Shown here: one piece after another, positions 37,499-52,400 of the stretch
How positions within the stretch are numbered: position 1 is the stretch's first letter
How the letters are laid out: every line of letters starts with the position of its first letter
Assembly: GCA_964658305.1 (NCBI GenBank)
Contig: OZ210885.1
Coordinates: forward strand, 25,792,001-25,856,000
Direction of reading: 5' to 3'
Source: Leptogorgia sarmentosa
Lineage: Eukaryota
Length of the DNA: 64,000 nucleotides
Notes under the pieces: generated by a model
Told to the model about the DNA's origin: nothing
Databases searched by the model: none
Seen by the model: the letters and a program-made list of their open reading frames with translations, nothing else
Program-made: the position numbers and the translations under genes

Positions 37499-38377
37499 AC
37501 AAATTTGCTATACGACCTTGCTGGTGAATTCATCAAAAAGGTATAAGCCGTTTGACATACAGTTCTAACATGTTACATCTTCCACTATTTCAATACGATC
37601 CTGCACACATCTCTTTTTCCATGTAACATGAGTATACCCATTCTTTTGTCTGTACCCGATTTGTATTCTTTCATAATGACCATTGTGATGGACAAACGGT
37701 CGTAAAACACATATATCTACAAATGTCAACAACTTTAAACAATCAGGTATCAAAGCAAACATTGGCACTATATACTGGTCTGATTTGCATGGACACAATT
37801 TAGCAGGTTTCATCACCGGCCTTTTTTCATATCATTGGAACAATTTATCCCTGCTCAAGAAAGAGCATCTATTACAATAGGCCCAAGACGAGAATTCTAT
37901 CCAAAATTGCAAATCTCTACTTGTACCTTTCAACTTGTCATTTTGATTTGAAGAAGGCAAGAATTTGTCTTCGGAGTCTGACACAAAATTTCGGTATTCT
38001 TCGCTTTGCGTGCGCTTTCTAACTTCATTTTCGCTTTCCATTTGCGGTATTTTCTCATTGACAGAATGATCGTTCAAAACACAATATGTGCGCCTACCAT
38101 TCCAGAACGTATTAGCCTCACCAATTGACCATACAACAGGCATAGTAAAATACTATATAATGTAAACTGCTGGTGTTGCGGAAATTATTGCGTTTGGTTT
38201 AAATGTAATGTTGGTTCACCGATACTCTCTACAATTTTCCATCATTTCATGTTTTTAATATGACTATGCTGATACACTATTTTTCTCATACAAAATTTAT
38301 AGAGGCCAGAATATAAAACTTTAACATATATACAATAGATGTGCAACAGATGTAATTGTGATAAAACACTTACCACA

Positions 38378-38464
38378 CCGCTTACCCATTTGGTGATTCA
38401 TAGTAACTCTTCGAATCGAATGGCCTTCTCTGTTCGTGCCTGCGATGTTTCATTCAAATTTCTG
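38378..38464 (+). pseudogene. 87-bp nested 18S fragment, second copy
   Basis: Same as 20393-20479, with the same CTTACCACA filler in front. Confidence 0.93.
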
Positions 38465-40052
38465 TTAATCAATATCGTTAATCACAATCATGATCGTTAA
38501 TCATGTTCGTTAATCATCATCGCTAATCATGATCGTTAATCATAATCCTGATCGTTAATCATAATCATGATCGTTAATCATAATCACGTTCGTGAATCTT
38601 AATCATGATCGTTAATCATGATATTTAATCATAATCATGATCGTTAATATGATCGTTAATCTTGATCGTTAATCATAATCATGTTCGTTAATCATAATTA
38701 TGATCGTCAACATGATCGTTAATCAAATTCATGATCGTCAATCATAATCATGATCGTTAATATGATTGTCAATTATGATCGTTAATCATAATCATGATCG
38801 TTAATCACAATCATGATCGTTAGTCATGATCGTTAATCATAATCATGACCGTTAATCATAATCATTATCGTCAATCATAATCATGATCGTTAATCATGAT
38901 CGTTAATCAGGATCGTTGATCATGATCGTTAGTCATGATCGTAAAGTTATAATGATGATCGTCAATCATAATCCCGATCGTTAATCATCATCATGATCAT
39001 TAATCAAAATCATGATCGTTAATCATAATTATGATCGTTAATCGTGATCGTTGATCATTATCGTTAATCATAATCATGATCGTTAATCATATTCATGATC
39101 GTTAATCATAATCATGATCGTCAATCATAATCATGACCGCAAATCATAATCATGATAGTTAATCATAATCATAATCGTTAATCGTGATCGTTGATCATTA
39201 TCGTTAATCATAATCATGATCGTTAATCATAATCGTGATCGTTAATCATGATCGTTAATCATGATGGTTAATAATAATCCTGATCGTTAATCATATTCAT
39301 GATCGTTAATCATAATCATGATCGTTAATCATAATCGTGATCGTTAATCATGATGGTTAATCATGATCGTTAATCATAATCCTGATCGTTAATCATATTC
39401 ATGATCGTTAATCATAATCATGATCGACAATCATAATCATGACCGCTAATCATAATCATGATCGTTAATGATATTCATGATCGTTAATCATATTCATGAA
39501 CGTTAATCATAATCATGATTGTCAATCATAATCATGACCGCTAATCATAATTATGATAATTAATCAAATTCATGATCGTCAATCATCATCGTTAATCATA
39601 ATCATGATCGTTAATCATGGTCATGATCGTTAATCATAATCATGATCGTAAATCGAATTCCTGATCGTCAATCATCATCGTTAATCATAATCATGATCGT
39701 TAATCGTAATCATGATCGTTAATCATAATCATGATCGTTAATCATATTCATGATCGTTAATCACAATCATGATCGTTAATCATAATCATGATCGTTAATC
39801 ACGATCATTAAACATAATCATGTTCGTTAATCATAATCATGATCGTTGATCTTAAAAATGATCGTTAAACACAATCATTATCGTTAATCATAATCATGAT
39901 CGTTAATATTAATCATGATCCTTAATTATAATCATGATTGCAAATCGTGATCGTTAATCATAATCATGATCGTTAGTCATAATCATGATCGCTAATCATA
40001 ATCATGGCGGTTAATCATAATCATGTTCGTTAATCATAATCATGATCGTTAA
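38465..40052. repeat. Nested satellite block in element copy 3 (178 bp longer than in copy 2)
   Basis: Same variant order as 20480-21889 plus an extra internal segment containing the GAATTC variant. Confidence 0.96.
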
Positions 40053-40679
40053 TCAACAAAATCACTTTTCTTTAAAATATAGTTTTACAAAATTATGAAC
40101 AATGAATTTTTCCTGTTATGCAATGTGTCTGTTATAAATAAACACCCCATACTTGTTTTGTGTGCTCATACACATTCATCACAGTATTGGCAATATTTGT
40201 CAATATAGCAAAGTACCCTCAAAACAAGTAGCTTGCAAAAAACAGTAAATGAACAATCACTTTATTTTCCTCAGATTAACATGTTTAAAGATATTGTACA
40301 TAAAGTTAATAAACGATTTTAAAAAACATGCCAGACATTATTTCAGTTCAAATTGATTTCAGAGACAACAAAGACTACTCGTGTTTTTTGAGCCACTGTA
40401 TTATGTCACTGCACAAGTTCATGTTGTCCTCACACGTTTTTATGATATATCATTACACACATTTTTTGCTGTTTTTCTTTTAATGTAAATACTCATTTCT
40501 ATATTTCTAAACGTACATACCAATGAAATGGCGAAAGATAACACACATATTTTTTTGTTGTTTTTTAATATTTGTCAACTGCCCTTTTCCAGTTGAACAT
40601 AACGGCTTTTTGCTACCGTATTCTAACGAATTGTCAATTTCATACACAGACTTTAACCTCCTAGAACAGTCTGCCTTTT

Positions 40680-41159
40680 TTAAATTTTTATTAATTTTCG
40701 ACAAATACATATACGTTTTCCAATAATAGCTATAATAATAGTAATAATATCTACCTCGTCATTCGGCTCTAACAAAGATCTTACTGCCTGTTTGACCTCT
40801 TCAGCAGTGGCAGTCGAGTTATCTTTCGTATTCTTCTTGGCAAGACTATTATTGATTTTTCTCACGGTCTTTTTTAATGAACTTAATTGCTTTGCGTCTA
40901 ATAATGGATTGTCCATCGTTTCAAGGGCATTAATGGTTTCCGATACAGTTTCGGCAAATTCGGAAAAGGCTACCTTTGGCCATTTTAAAAACTCACAACA
41001 TGAAGGTATGAGCCTACGGAATATTGTGGAATCTTCAAGGCCTGTGGTTGTTGCACCATAAGAACGCAGGTAATTTTTAGGAAAATGGTCGAAATAACCA
41101 ACTCCCTCTCCTTTCGTTTTGCTGCCACTTGCAACACGTTTACTAGAGCGATGTGCCAT
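40680..41159 (-). CDS. Unknown protein of the element, copy 3
   Basis: Translation identical to copies 1 and 2. Confidence 0.55.
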   Translation of the reverse strand: MAHRSSKRVASGSKTKGEGVGYFDHFPKNYLRSYGATTTGLEDSTIFRRLIPSCCEFLKWPKVAFSEFAETVSETINALETMDNPLLDAKQLSSLKKTVRKINNSLAKKNTKDNSTATAEEVKQAVRSLLEPNDEVDIITIIIAIIGKRICICRKLIKI

Positions 41160-41972
41160 CGTCAAAATTATATAAAACGACTACACTAACGATTAAAATC
41201 TTTTCCTATTCTTATTCCACTACTACCAATTGATCACCAATTGTAAATAATTGTAAACAACGTAATTAAAAACTAAATACAGTAATTCCAGGAACACCAA
41301 TTGTTAATAACTTTACCACATACTATGAGTCAGTGAAAAATTCAAAAATACTATAGTAATTTGTGTAAAAAATGTAAAAATCCTAATAACTCTTAATCCT
41401 AACACCAATATTAAAATTTCAACTCCTATTCACTGTAATATAACAAATGGTCATCATGTACATGTGAATAGGCCATTTTATACCATTGAATTGGATCAAA
41501 ATCTTTCCCATTTCATTGGACAAAGTAAAACAAAGGAAATGAACGACTATTGGTGGAAAACCGGGCATAATGATTGGCTGGAAATTTAACAGATGTGATT
41601 AGCTATCAATTAACCCAAACATTTCAAGGTCGTAATCGACGTATATATGATAATACATGAAGTATACTGGGCATTTACAGTCCTTTACATTACCGTTCAT
41701 AAACAGGAGGATGTTCAATATTTGAAAGTGAATAACACAACCGGAATTGAACCGAACGAGCTAAAATTTCGCATTTGTGGATGATTTCATCACCTCTATC
41801 TGCTCACACAAAACTAAACATAAATAAAAAAATTTCAGAAAAGTTATTATTATTAACATTATATAGAAGCCAAGTCAGGCATGAGTGACTCTTCCTTTCT
41901 AGCCACGATTTTATCTTTAGTAAATGACAGGCCTGGGTAAACACTTTACCCAAGGACATTCTGAAATGTGGA

Positions 41973-42011
41973 ATAACTGGCTTGTGGCAGCCAAGCGTTC
42001 ATAGCGACGTT

Positions 42012-42049
<38 letters not shown>

Positions 42050-42091
42050 CGAAGCAGAATTCGCCAAGCGTCGGATTGTTCACCCGCCAAT

Positions 42092-42146
<55 letters not shown>

Positions 42147-42495
42147 TTGAATGGTTGTTGCAATAGTAATTCTGCTCAGTACGAGAGGAACCGCAGATTC
42201 AGACAATTGGCTCATGCACTTGCCTGAAAAGACACTGGTGCGAAGCTACCATCTGTTGGATTATGATTGAACGCCTCTAAATCAGAATCCGTGCTAGAAC
42301 GCAACGTCGTGCCTCCTGTGTCACAACGTGCCCACGGTGCGGACTACGCACCACGGGTACTGCAATGATCAAATTCTAAATTTTCCGGAGCTAAATCCTT
42401 TGCAAACGACTTATATAAAGAACGTGGTATTGTAAGTAGTAGAGTAGCCTTGTCGCTACGATCTACTGAGATTAAGCCCTTGTTCTACGATTTGT
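41973..42495 (+). rRNA. 28S rRNA 3' end (third copy, same 49-bp deletion)
   Basis: Paralogous to 23810-24332. Confidence 0.95.
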
Positions 42496-43087
42496 CCTTC
42501 TTTTTTTCTTTTACCTTCGAGCAAACATCCTCCTCCTCCGACGAGACCCGCTTCAGTGGAACGTGAACCGGACCGGCGCCAATGTTCGGTGAAATGAGTG
42601 CGTTTCTGAGATGGTCCTCGCGTGCGGCCGACGACGTGCGGCAAGCACCGTAGGAGCTGATGTGCGAATAGGCGACGTGTCTCATTCGGCGAGGTAGAAG
42701 AGGGGTCGGCTGCGTTTGCTCGCGAACGACGGCTCTGCTTCTCTTTTGCCACCACCGATTGAGTGTGTGTGTGTGTGTGTGTGTACATGTACATGTACAT
42801 GTACAAACGTGTGGTGTGTAGTGTTGTGTACCACGTCCCTTGGAAAAGGTTAGCATCGAGTTGAGTTTGTGAAGTGGAGTGGGTTCTTGAACGGTTCGAC
42901 TACGAAGGTGCACGCGATGTATACGCAAGAAGGCGAAGGCGAGATTGCGCCGCCGTCATGGTTGTGCGGCGTGCAAAGAGCAGGATAAGAGACGTGGCAA
43001 AGAATCGAAACGACTTTCTAACACACACGAACGCTCGAGCGGAGTACGCATGCTTGCGTGCTTTGCGTCGTCCTAGTAGTTTGTAGT
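42496..43087 (+). other. Short 28S-to-18S spacer, copy 3
   Basis: Paralogous to 24333-24920. Confidence 0.85.
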
Positions 43088-43413
43088 TAACTGGTTGATT
43101 CTGCCAGTATCATATGCTTGTCTCAAAGGCTAAGCCATGCATGTCTAAGTATAAGCACTTGTACTGTGAAACTGCGAATGCCTCATTAAATCAGTTATCG
43201 TTTATTTGATTGTACTGTCTTACTACTTGGATAACCGTAGCAATTCTAGAGCTAATACATGCGAAATGTCCCGACTCTCGTGGAAGATATGTATTTATTA
43301 GATTAAAAAGCAATGCGGCTTAACGGCCGCTTACCCATTTGGTGATTCATAGTAACTCTTCGAATCGAATGGCCTTCTCTGTTCGTGCCTGCGATGTTTC
43401 ATTCAAATTTCTG
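43088..43413 (+). pseudogene. 18S rRNA 5' fragment truncated by satellite, second copy
   Basis: Same breakpoint as 24921-25246. Confidence 0.95.
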
Positions 43414-46400
43414 TTAATCAATATCGTTAATCACAATCATGATCGTTAATCATGTTCGTTAATCATCATCGCTAATCATGATCGTTAATCATAATCCTGA
43501 TCGTTAATCATAATCATGATCGTTAATCATAATCACGTTCGTGAATCTTAATCATGATCGTTAATCATGATATTTAATCATAATCATGATCGTTAATATG
43601 ATCGTTAATCATGATCGTTAATCATAATCATGTTCGTTAATCATAATTATGATCGTCAACATGATCGTTAATCAAATTCATGATCGTCAATCATAATCAT
43701 GATCGTTAATATGATTGTCAATTATGATCGTTAATCATAATCATGATCGTTAATCACAATCATGATCGTTAGTCATGATCGTTAATCATAATCATGACCG
43801 TTAATAATAATCATTATCGTCAATCATAATCATGATCGTTAATCATGATCGTTAATCAGGATCGTTGATCATGATCGTTAGTCATGATCGTAAAGTTATA
43901 ATGATGATCGTCAATCATAATCCCGATCGTTAATCATCATCATGATCATTAATCAAAATCATGATCGTTAATCATAATTATGATCGTTAATCGTGATCGT
44001 TGATCATTATCGTTAATCATAATCATGATCGTTAATCATATTCATGATCGTTAATCATAATCATGATCGTTAATATTAATCATGATCCTTTATTATAATC
44101 ATGATTGCTAATCGTGATCGTTAATCATAATCATGATCGTTAGTGATAATCATGATCGCTAATCATAATCATGGCGGTTAATCATAATCATGTTCGTTAA
44201 TCATAATCATGATCGTTAATCATAATCATGTTCGTTAATCATAATCATGATCGTCAATCATGATCGTCAATCATAATCATGATCGTTAATCATCTTCATG
44301 ATCGTTAATCATAATCATGATCGTCAATCATAATCATGACCGCTAATCATAATCATGATCGTTAATCATGGTCATGATCGTTAATCATAATCATGATCGT
44401 AAATCGAATTCCTGATAGTCAATCATCATCCTCAATCATAATCATCATCGTTAATCGTAATCATGATCGTTAATCATAATCATGATCGTTAATCATATTC
44501 ATGATCGTTAATCATTATCATGACCGCTAATCATAATCACGAACGTTAATCATAATCATGATCGTTAATCATAATCGTGATCGTTAATCATGATCATGAT
44601 CGTTAATCATCATCGTTAATCATCATCGTTAATCATCATCGTTAATCGTAATCATGATCGTTAATCATAATCATGATCGTTAATCATATTCATGATCGTT
44701 AATCATAATCGTGATCGTTAATCATAATCATAATCGTTAATCATAAACATGATCGTTAATCATTATCATGACCGCTAATCATAATCACGAACGTTAATCA
44801 TAATCACGATCGTTAATCATAATCATGATCGTTAATATTAATCATGATCCTTAATTATAATCATGATTGCTAATCGTGATCGTTAATCATAATCATGATC
44901 GTTAGTGATAATCATGATCGCTAATCATAATCATGGCGGTTAATCATAATCATGTTCGTTAATCATAATCATGATCGTTAATCATAATCATGTTCGTTAA
45001 TCATAATCATGATCGTCAATCATGATCGTCAATCATAATCATGATCGTTAATCATCTTCATGATCGTTAATCATAATCATGATCGTCAATCATAATCATG
45101 ACTGCTAATCATAATCATGATCGTTAATCATGGTCATGATCGTTAATCATAATCATGATCGTAAATCGAATTCCTGATAGTCAATCATCATCCTCAATCA
45201 TAATCATCATCGTTAATCGTAATCATGATCGTTAATCATAATCATGATCGTTAATCATATTCATGATCGTTAATCATAATCGTGATCGTTAATCATGTTC
45301 ATGATCGTTAATCATAATCATGATCGTCAATCATAATCATGACCGCAAATCATAATCATGATAGTTAATCATAATCATAATCGTTAATCGTGATCGTTGA
45401 TCATTATCGTTAATCATAATCATGATCGTTAATCATAATCGTGATCGTTAATCATGATCGTTAATCATGATGGTTAATAATAATCCTGATCGTTAATCAT
45501 ATTCATGATCGTTAATCATAATCATGATCGTTAATCATAATCGTGATCGTTAATCATGATGGTTAATCATGATCGTTAATCATAATCCTGATCGTTAATC
45601 ATATTCATGATCGTTAATCATAATCATGATCGACAATCATAAACATGACCGCTAATCATAATCATGATCGTTAATGATATTCATGATCGTTAATCATATT
45701 CATGAACGTTAATCATAATCATGATTGTCAATCATAATCATGACCGCTAATCATAATTATGATAATTAATCAAATTCATGATCGTCAATCATCATCGTTA
45801 ATCATAATCATGATCGTTAATCATGGTCATGATCGTTAATCATAATCATGATCGTAAATCGAATTCCTGATCGTCAATCATCATCGTTAATCATAATCAT
45901 GATCGTTAATCGTAATCATGATCGTTAATCATAATCATGATCGTTAATCATATTCATGATCGTTAATCACAATCATGATCGTTAATCATAATCATGATCG
46001 TTAATCACGATCATTAAACATAATCATGTTCGTTAATCATAATCATGATCGTTGATCTTAAAAATGATCGTTAAACACAATCATTATCGTTAATCATAAT
46101 CATGATCGTTAATATTAATCATGATCCTTAATTATAATCATGATTGCAAATCGTGATCGTTAGTCATAATCATGATCGCTAATCATAATCATGGCGGTTA
46201 ATCATAATCATGTTCGTTAATCATAATCATGATCGTTAATCATAATCATGTTCGTTAATCATAATCATGATCGTCAATCATGATCGTTAATCATAATCAT
46301 GATCGTTAATCATATTCATGATAGTTAATCATAATCATGATCGTCAATCATAATCATGACCGCTAATCATAATCATGATCGTTAATCATATTCATGAACG

Positions 46401-49400
46401 TTAATCATAATCATGATCGTCAATCATAATCATGACCGCTAATCATAATTATGATAATTAATCAAATTCATGATCGTCAATCATCATCGTTAATCATAAT
46501 CATGATCGTTAATCATGGTCATGATCGTTAATCATGGTCATGATCGTTGATCATAATCATGATCGTAAATCGAATTCCTGATCGTCAATCATCATCGCTA
46601 ATCATAATAATGATCGTTAATCGTAATCATGATCGTTAATCATAATCATGATCGTTATTCATATTCATGATCGTTAATCACAATCATGATCGTTAATCAT
46701 AGTCATGATCGTTAATCACGATCATTAAACATAATCATGTTCGTTAATCATAATCATGATCGTTGATCTTAATCATGATCGTTAAACACAATCATTATCG
46801 TTAATCATAATCATGATCGTTAATATTAATCATGATCCTTAATTATAATCATGATTGCTAATCGTGATCGTTAATCATAATCATGATCGTTAGTGATAAT
46901 CATGATCGCTAATCATAATCATGGCGGTTAATCATAATCATGTTCGTTAATCATAATCATGATCGTTAATCATAATCATGTTCGTTAATCATAATCATGA
47001 TCGTCAATCATGATCGTCAATCATAATCATGATCGTTAATCATCTTCATGATCGTTAATCATAATCATGATCGTCAATCATAATCATGACCGCTAATCAT
47101 AATCATGATCATTAATCATGGTCATGATCGTTAGTAATAATCATGATCGTAAATCGAATTTTTGATAGTCAATCATCATCCTCAATCATAATCATCATCG
47201 TTAATCGTAATCATGATCGTTAATCATAATCATGATCGTTAATCATATTCATGATCGTTAATCATAATCGTGATCGTTAATCATAATCATGATCGTTAAT
47301 CATAAACATGATCGTTAATCATTATCATGACCGCTAATCATAATCACGAACGTTAATCATAATCATGATCGTTAATCATAATCGTGATCGTTAATCATGA
47401 TCATGATCGTTAATCATGATCGTTAATCATGATGGTTAATAATAATCATGATCGTTAATCATAATGATGATCATCAATCATAATCATAATCGTTAATCGT
47501 AATCATGATCGTTAATCATAATCATGATCGTTAATCATATTCATGATCGTTAATCATAATCGTGATCGTTAATCATAATCATGATCGTTAATCATAATCA
47601 TGATCGTTAATCATAATCATGATTGTTAATCATAATCATGACCGCTAATCATAATTATGATCCTCAATCATATTCGTGATCGTTAATCATAATCATGATC
47701 GTCAATCATAATCATGACCGCAAATCATAATCATGATAGTCAATCATAATCATGATCGTCAATCATGATCGTTAATCATATTCATGATCGTTAATCATAA
47801 TCATGATCGTCAATCATAATCATGACCGCTAATCATAATCATGATAGTCAATCATAATCATGATCGTCAATCATGATCGTTAATCATAATCATGATCGTC
47901 AATCATGATTGTTAATCATGATCATGATCGTTAATCATATTCATGATCGTTAATCATAATCATGATCGACAATCATAATCATGACCGCTAATCATAATCA
48001 TGATCGTTAATCATGGTCATGATCGTTAATCATGGTCATGATCGTTAATCATAATCATGATCGTAAATCGAATTCCTGATCGTCAATCATCATCGCTAAT
48101 CATAATAATGATCGTTAATCGTAATCATGATCGTTAGTGATAATCATGATCGCTAATCATAATCATGGCGGTTAATCATAATCATGTTCGTTAATCATAA
48201 TCATGATCGTTAATCATAATCATGTTCGTTAATCATAATCATGATCGTCAATCATGATCGTCAATCATAATCATGATCGTTAATCATGTTCATGATCGTT
48301 AATCATAATCATGATCGTCAATCATAATCATGACCGCTAATCATAATCATGATCGTTAATCATGGTCATGATCGTTAATCATAATCATGATCGTTATTCA
48401 TATTCATGATCGTTAATCACAATCATGATCGTTAATCATAATCATGATCGTTAATCACGATCATTAAACATAATCATGTTCGTTAATCATAATCATGATC
48501 GTTGATCTTAATCATGATCGTTAAACACAATCATTATCGTTAATCATAATCATGATCGTTAATATTAATCATGATCCTTTATTATAATCATGATTGCTAA
48601 TCGTGATCGTTAATCATAATCATGATCGTTAGTGATAATCATGATCGCTAATCATAATCATGGCGGTTAATCATAATCATGGCGGTTAATCATAATCATG
48701 TTCGTTAATCATAATCATGATCGTTAATCATAATCATGTTCGTTAATCATAATCATGATCGTCAATCATGATCGTCAACCATAATCATGATCGTTAATCA
48801 TCTTCATGATCGTTAATCATAATCATGATCGTCAATCATAATCATGACCGCTAATCATAATCATGATCGTTAATCATGGTCATGATCGTTAATCATAATC
48901 ATGATCGTAAATCGAATTCCTGATAGTCAATCATCATCCTCAATCATAATCATCATCGTTAATCGTAATCATGATCGTCAATCATAATCATGACCGCAAA
49001 TCATAATCATGATAGTCAATCATAATCATGATCGTCAATCATGATCGTTAATCATATTCATGATCGTTAATCATAATCATGATCGTCAATCATAATCATG
49101 ACCGCTAATCATAATCATGATAGTCAATCATAATCATGATCGTCAATCATGATCGTTAATCATAATCATGATCGTCAATCATGATTGTTAATCATGATCA
49201 TGATCGTTAATCATATTCATGATCGTTAATCATAATCATGATCGACAATCATAATCATGACCGCTAATCATAATCATGATCGTTAATCATGGTCATGATC
49301 GTTAATCATGGTCATGATCGTTAATCATAATCATGATCGTAAATCGAATTCCTGATCGTCAATCATCATCGCTAATCATAATAATGATCGTTAATCGTAA

Positions 49401-52400
49401 TCATGATCGTTAGTGATAATCATGATCGCTAATCATAATCATGGCGGTTAATCATAATCATGTTCGTTAATCATAATCATGATCGTTAATCATAATCATG
49501 TTCGTTAATCATAATCATGATCGTCAATCATGATCGTCAATCATAATCATGATCGTTAATCATGTTCATGATCGTTAATCATAATCATGATCGTCAATCA
49601 TAATCATGACCGCTAATCATAATCATGATCGTTAATCATGGTCATGATCGTTAATCATAATCATGATCGTTATTCATATTCATGATCGTTAATCACAATC
49701 ATGATCGTTAATCATAATCATGATCGTTAATCACGATCATTAAACATAATCATGTTCGTTAATCATAATCATGATCGTTGATCTTAATCATGATCGTTAA
49801 ACACAATCATTATCGTTAATCATAATCATGATCGTTAATATTAATCATGATCCTTTATTATAATCATGATTGCTAATCGTGATCGTTAATCATAATCATG
49901 ATCGTTAGTGATAATCATGATCGCTAATCATAATCATGGCGGTTAATCATAATCATGGCGGTTAATCATAAGCATGTTCGTTAATCATAATCATGATCGT
50001 TAATCATAATCATGTTCGTTAATCATAATCATGATCGTCAATCATGATCGTCAACCATAATCATGATCGTTAATCATCTTCATGATCGTTAATCATAATC
50101 ATGATCGTCAATCATAATCATGACCGCTAATCATAATCATGATCGTTAATCATGGTCATGATCGTTAATCATAATCATGATCGTAAATCGAATTCCTGAT
50201 AGTCAATCATCATCCTCAATCATAATCATCATCGTTAATCGTAATCATGATCGTTAATCATAATCATGATCGTTAATCATATTCATGATCGTTAATCATA
50301 ATCGTGATCGTTAATCATAATCATGATCGTTAATCATAAACATGATCGTTAATCATTATCATGACCGCTAATCATAATCACGAACGTTAATCATAATCAT
50401 GATCGTTAATCATAATCGTGATCGTTAATCATGATCATGATCGTTAATCATCATCGTTAATCATCATCGTTAATCGTAATCATGATCGTTAATCATAATC
50501 ATGATCGTTAATCATATTCATGATCGTTAATCATAATCGTGATCGTTAATCATAATCATAATCGTTAATCATAAACATGATCGTTAATCATTATCATGAC
50601 CGCTAATCATAATCACGAACGTTAATCATAATCACGATCGTTAATCATAATCATGATCGTTAATATTAATCATGATCGTTAATTATAATCATGATTGCTA
50701 ATCGTGATCGTTAATCATAATCATGATCGTTAGTGATAATCATGATCGCTAATCATAATCATGGCGGTTAATCATAATCATGTTCGTTAATCATAATCAT
50801 GATCGTTAATCATAATCATGTTCGTTAATCATAATCATGATCGTCAATCATGATCGTCAATCATAATCATGATCGTTAATCATCTTCATGATCGTTAATC
50901 ATAATCATGATCGTCAATCATAATCATGACCGCTAATCATAATCATGATCGTTAATCATGGTCATGATCGTTAATCATAATCATGATCGTAAATCGAATT
51001 CCTGATAGTCAATCATCATCCTCAATCATAATCATCATCGTTAATCGTAATCATGATCGTTAATCATAATCATGATCGTTAATCATATTCATGATCGTTA
51101 ATCATAATCGTGATCGTTAATCATAATCATGATCGTTAATCATAAACATGATCGTTAATCATTATCATGACCGCTAATCATAATCACGAACGTTAATCAT
51201 AATCATGATCGTTAATCATAATCGTGATCGTTAATCATGATCATGATCGTTAATCATCATCGTTAATCATCATCGTTAATCGTAATCATGATCGTTAATC
51301 ATAATCATGATCGTTAATCATATTCATGATCGTTAATCATAATCGTGATCGTTAATCATAATCATGATCGTTAATCATAAACATGATCGTTAATCATTAT
51401 CATGACCGCTAATCATAATCACGAACGTTAATCATAATCATGATCGTTAATCATAATCGTGATCGTTAATCATGATCATGATCGTTAATCATGATCGTTA
51501 ATCATGATGGTTAATAATAATCATGATCGTTAATCATAATCATGATCGTTAATGATAACCATGATCGTCAAAGATAATCATGATCGTTAATCATAATCAT
51601 GATCGTTAATCATATTCAGGATCGTTAATCATAATGATGACCGCTAATCATAATCACGAACGTTAATCATAATCACGATCGTTAATCATAATCATGATCG
51701 TTAATATTAATCATGATCCTTAATTATAATCATGATTGCTAATCGTGATCGTTAATCATAATCATGATCGTTAGTGATAATCATGATCGCTAATCATAAT
51801 CATGGCGGTTAATCATAATCATGTTCGTTAATCATAATCATGATCGTTAATCATAATCATGTTCGTTAATCATAATCATGATCGTCAATCATGATCGTCA
51901 ATCATAATCATGATCGTTAATCATCTTCATGATCGTTAATCATAATCATGATCGTCAATCATAATCATGACTGCTAATCATAATCATGATCGTTAATCAT
52001 GGTCATGATCGTTAATCATAATCATGATCGTAAATCGAATTCCTGATAGTCAATCATCATCCTCAATCATAATCATCATCGTTAATCGTAATCATGATCG
52101 TTAATCATAATCATGATCGTTAATCATATTCATGATCGTTAATCATAATCGTGATCGTTAATCATATTCATGATCGTTAATCATAATCATGATCGTCAAT
52201 CATAATCATGACCGCAAATCATAATCATGATAGTTAATCATAATCATAATCGTTAATCGTGATCGTTGATCATTATCGTTAATCATAATCATGATCGTTA
52301 ATCATAATCGTGATCGTTAATCATGATCGTTAATCATGATGGTTAATAATAATCCTGATCGTTAATCATATTCATGATCGTTAATCATAATCATGATCGT

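Larger units (their letters stand above)
37499..41972 (-). mobile_element. Helitron-like element copy 3, partial (left ~1.6 kb missing), with the same nested 18S+satellite insertion
   Basis: Begins at ACAAATTTGCTATACG (equivalent to 19514). Right junction GGAATAACTGGC is identical to copies 1 and 2. Confidence 0.8.
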
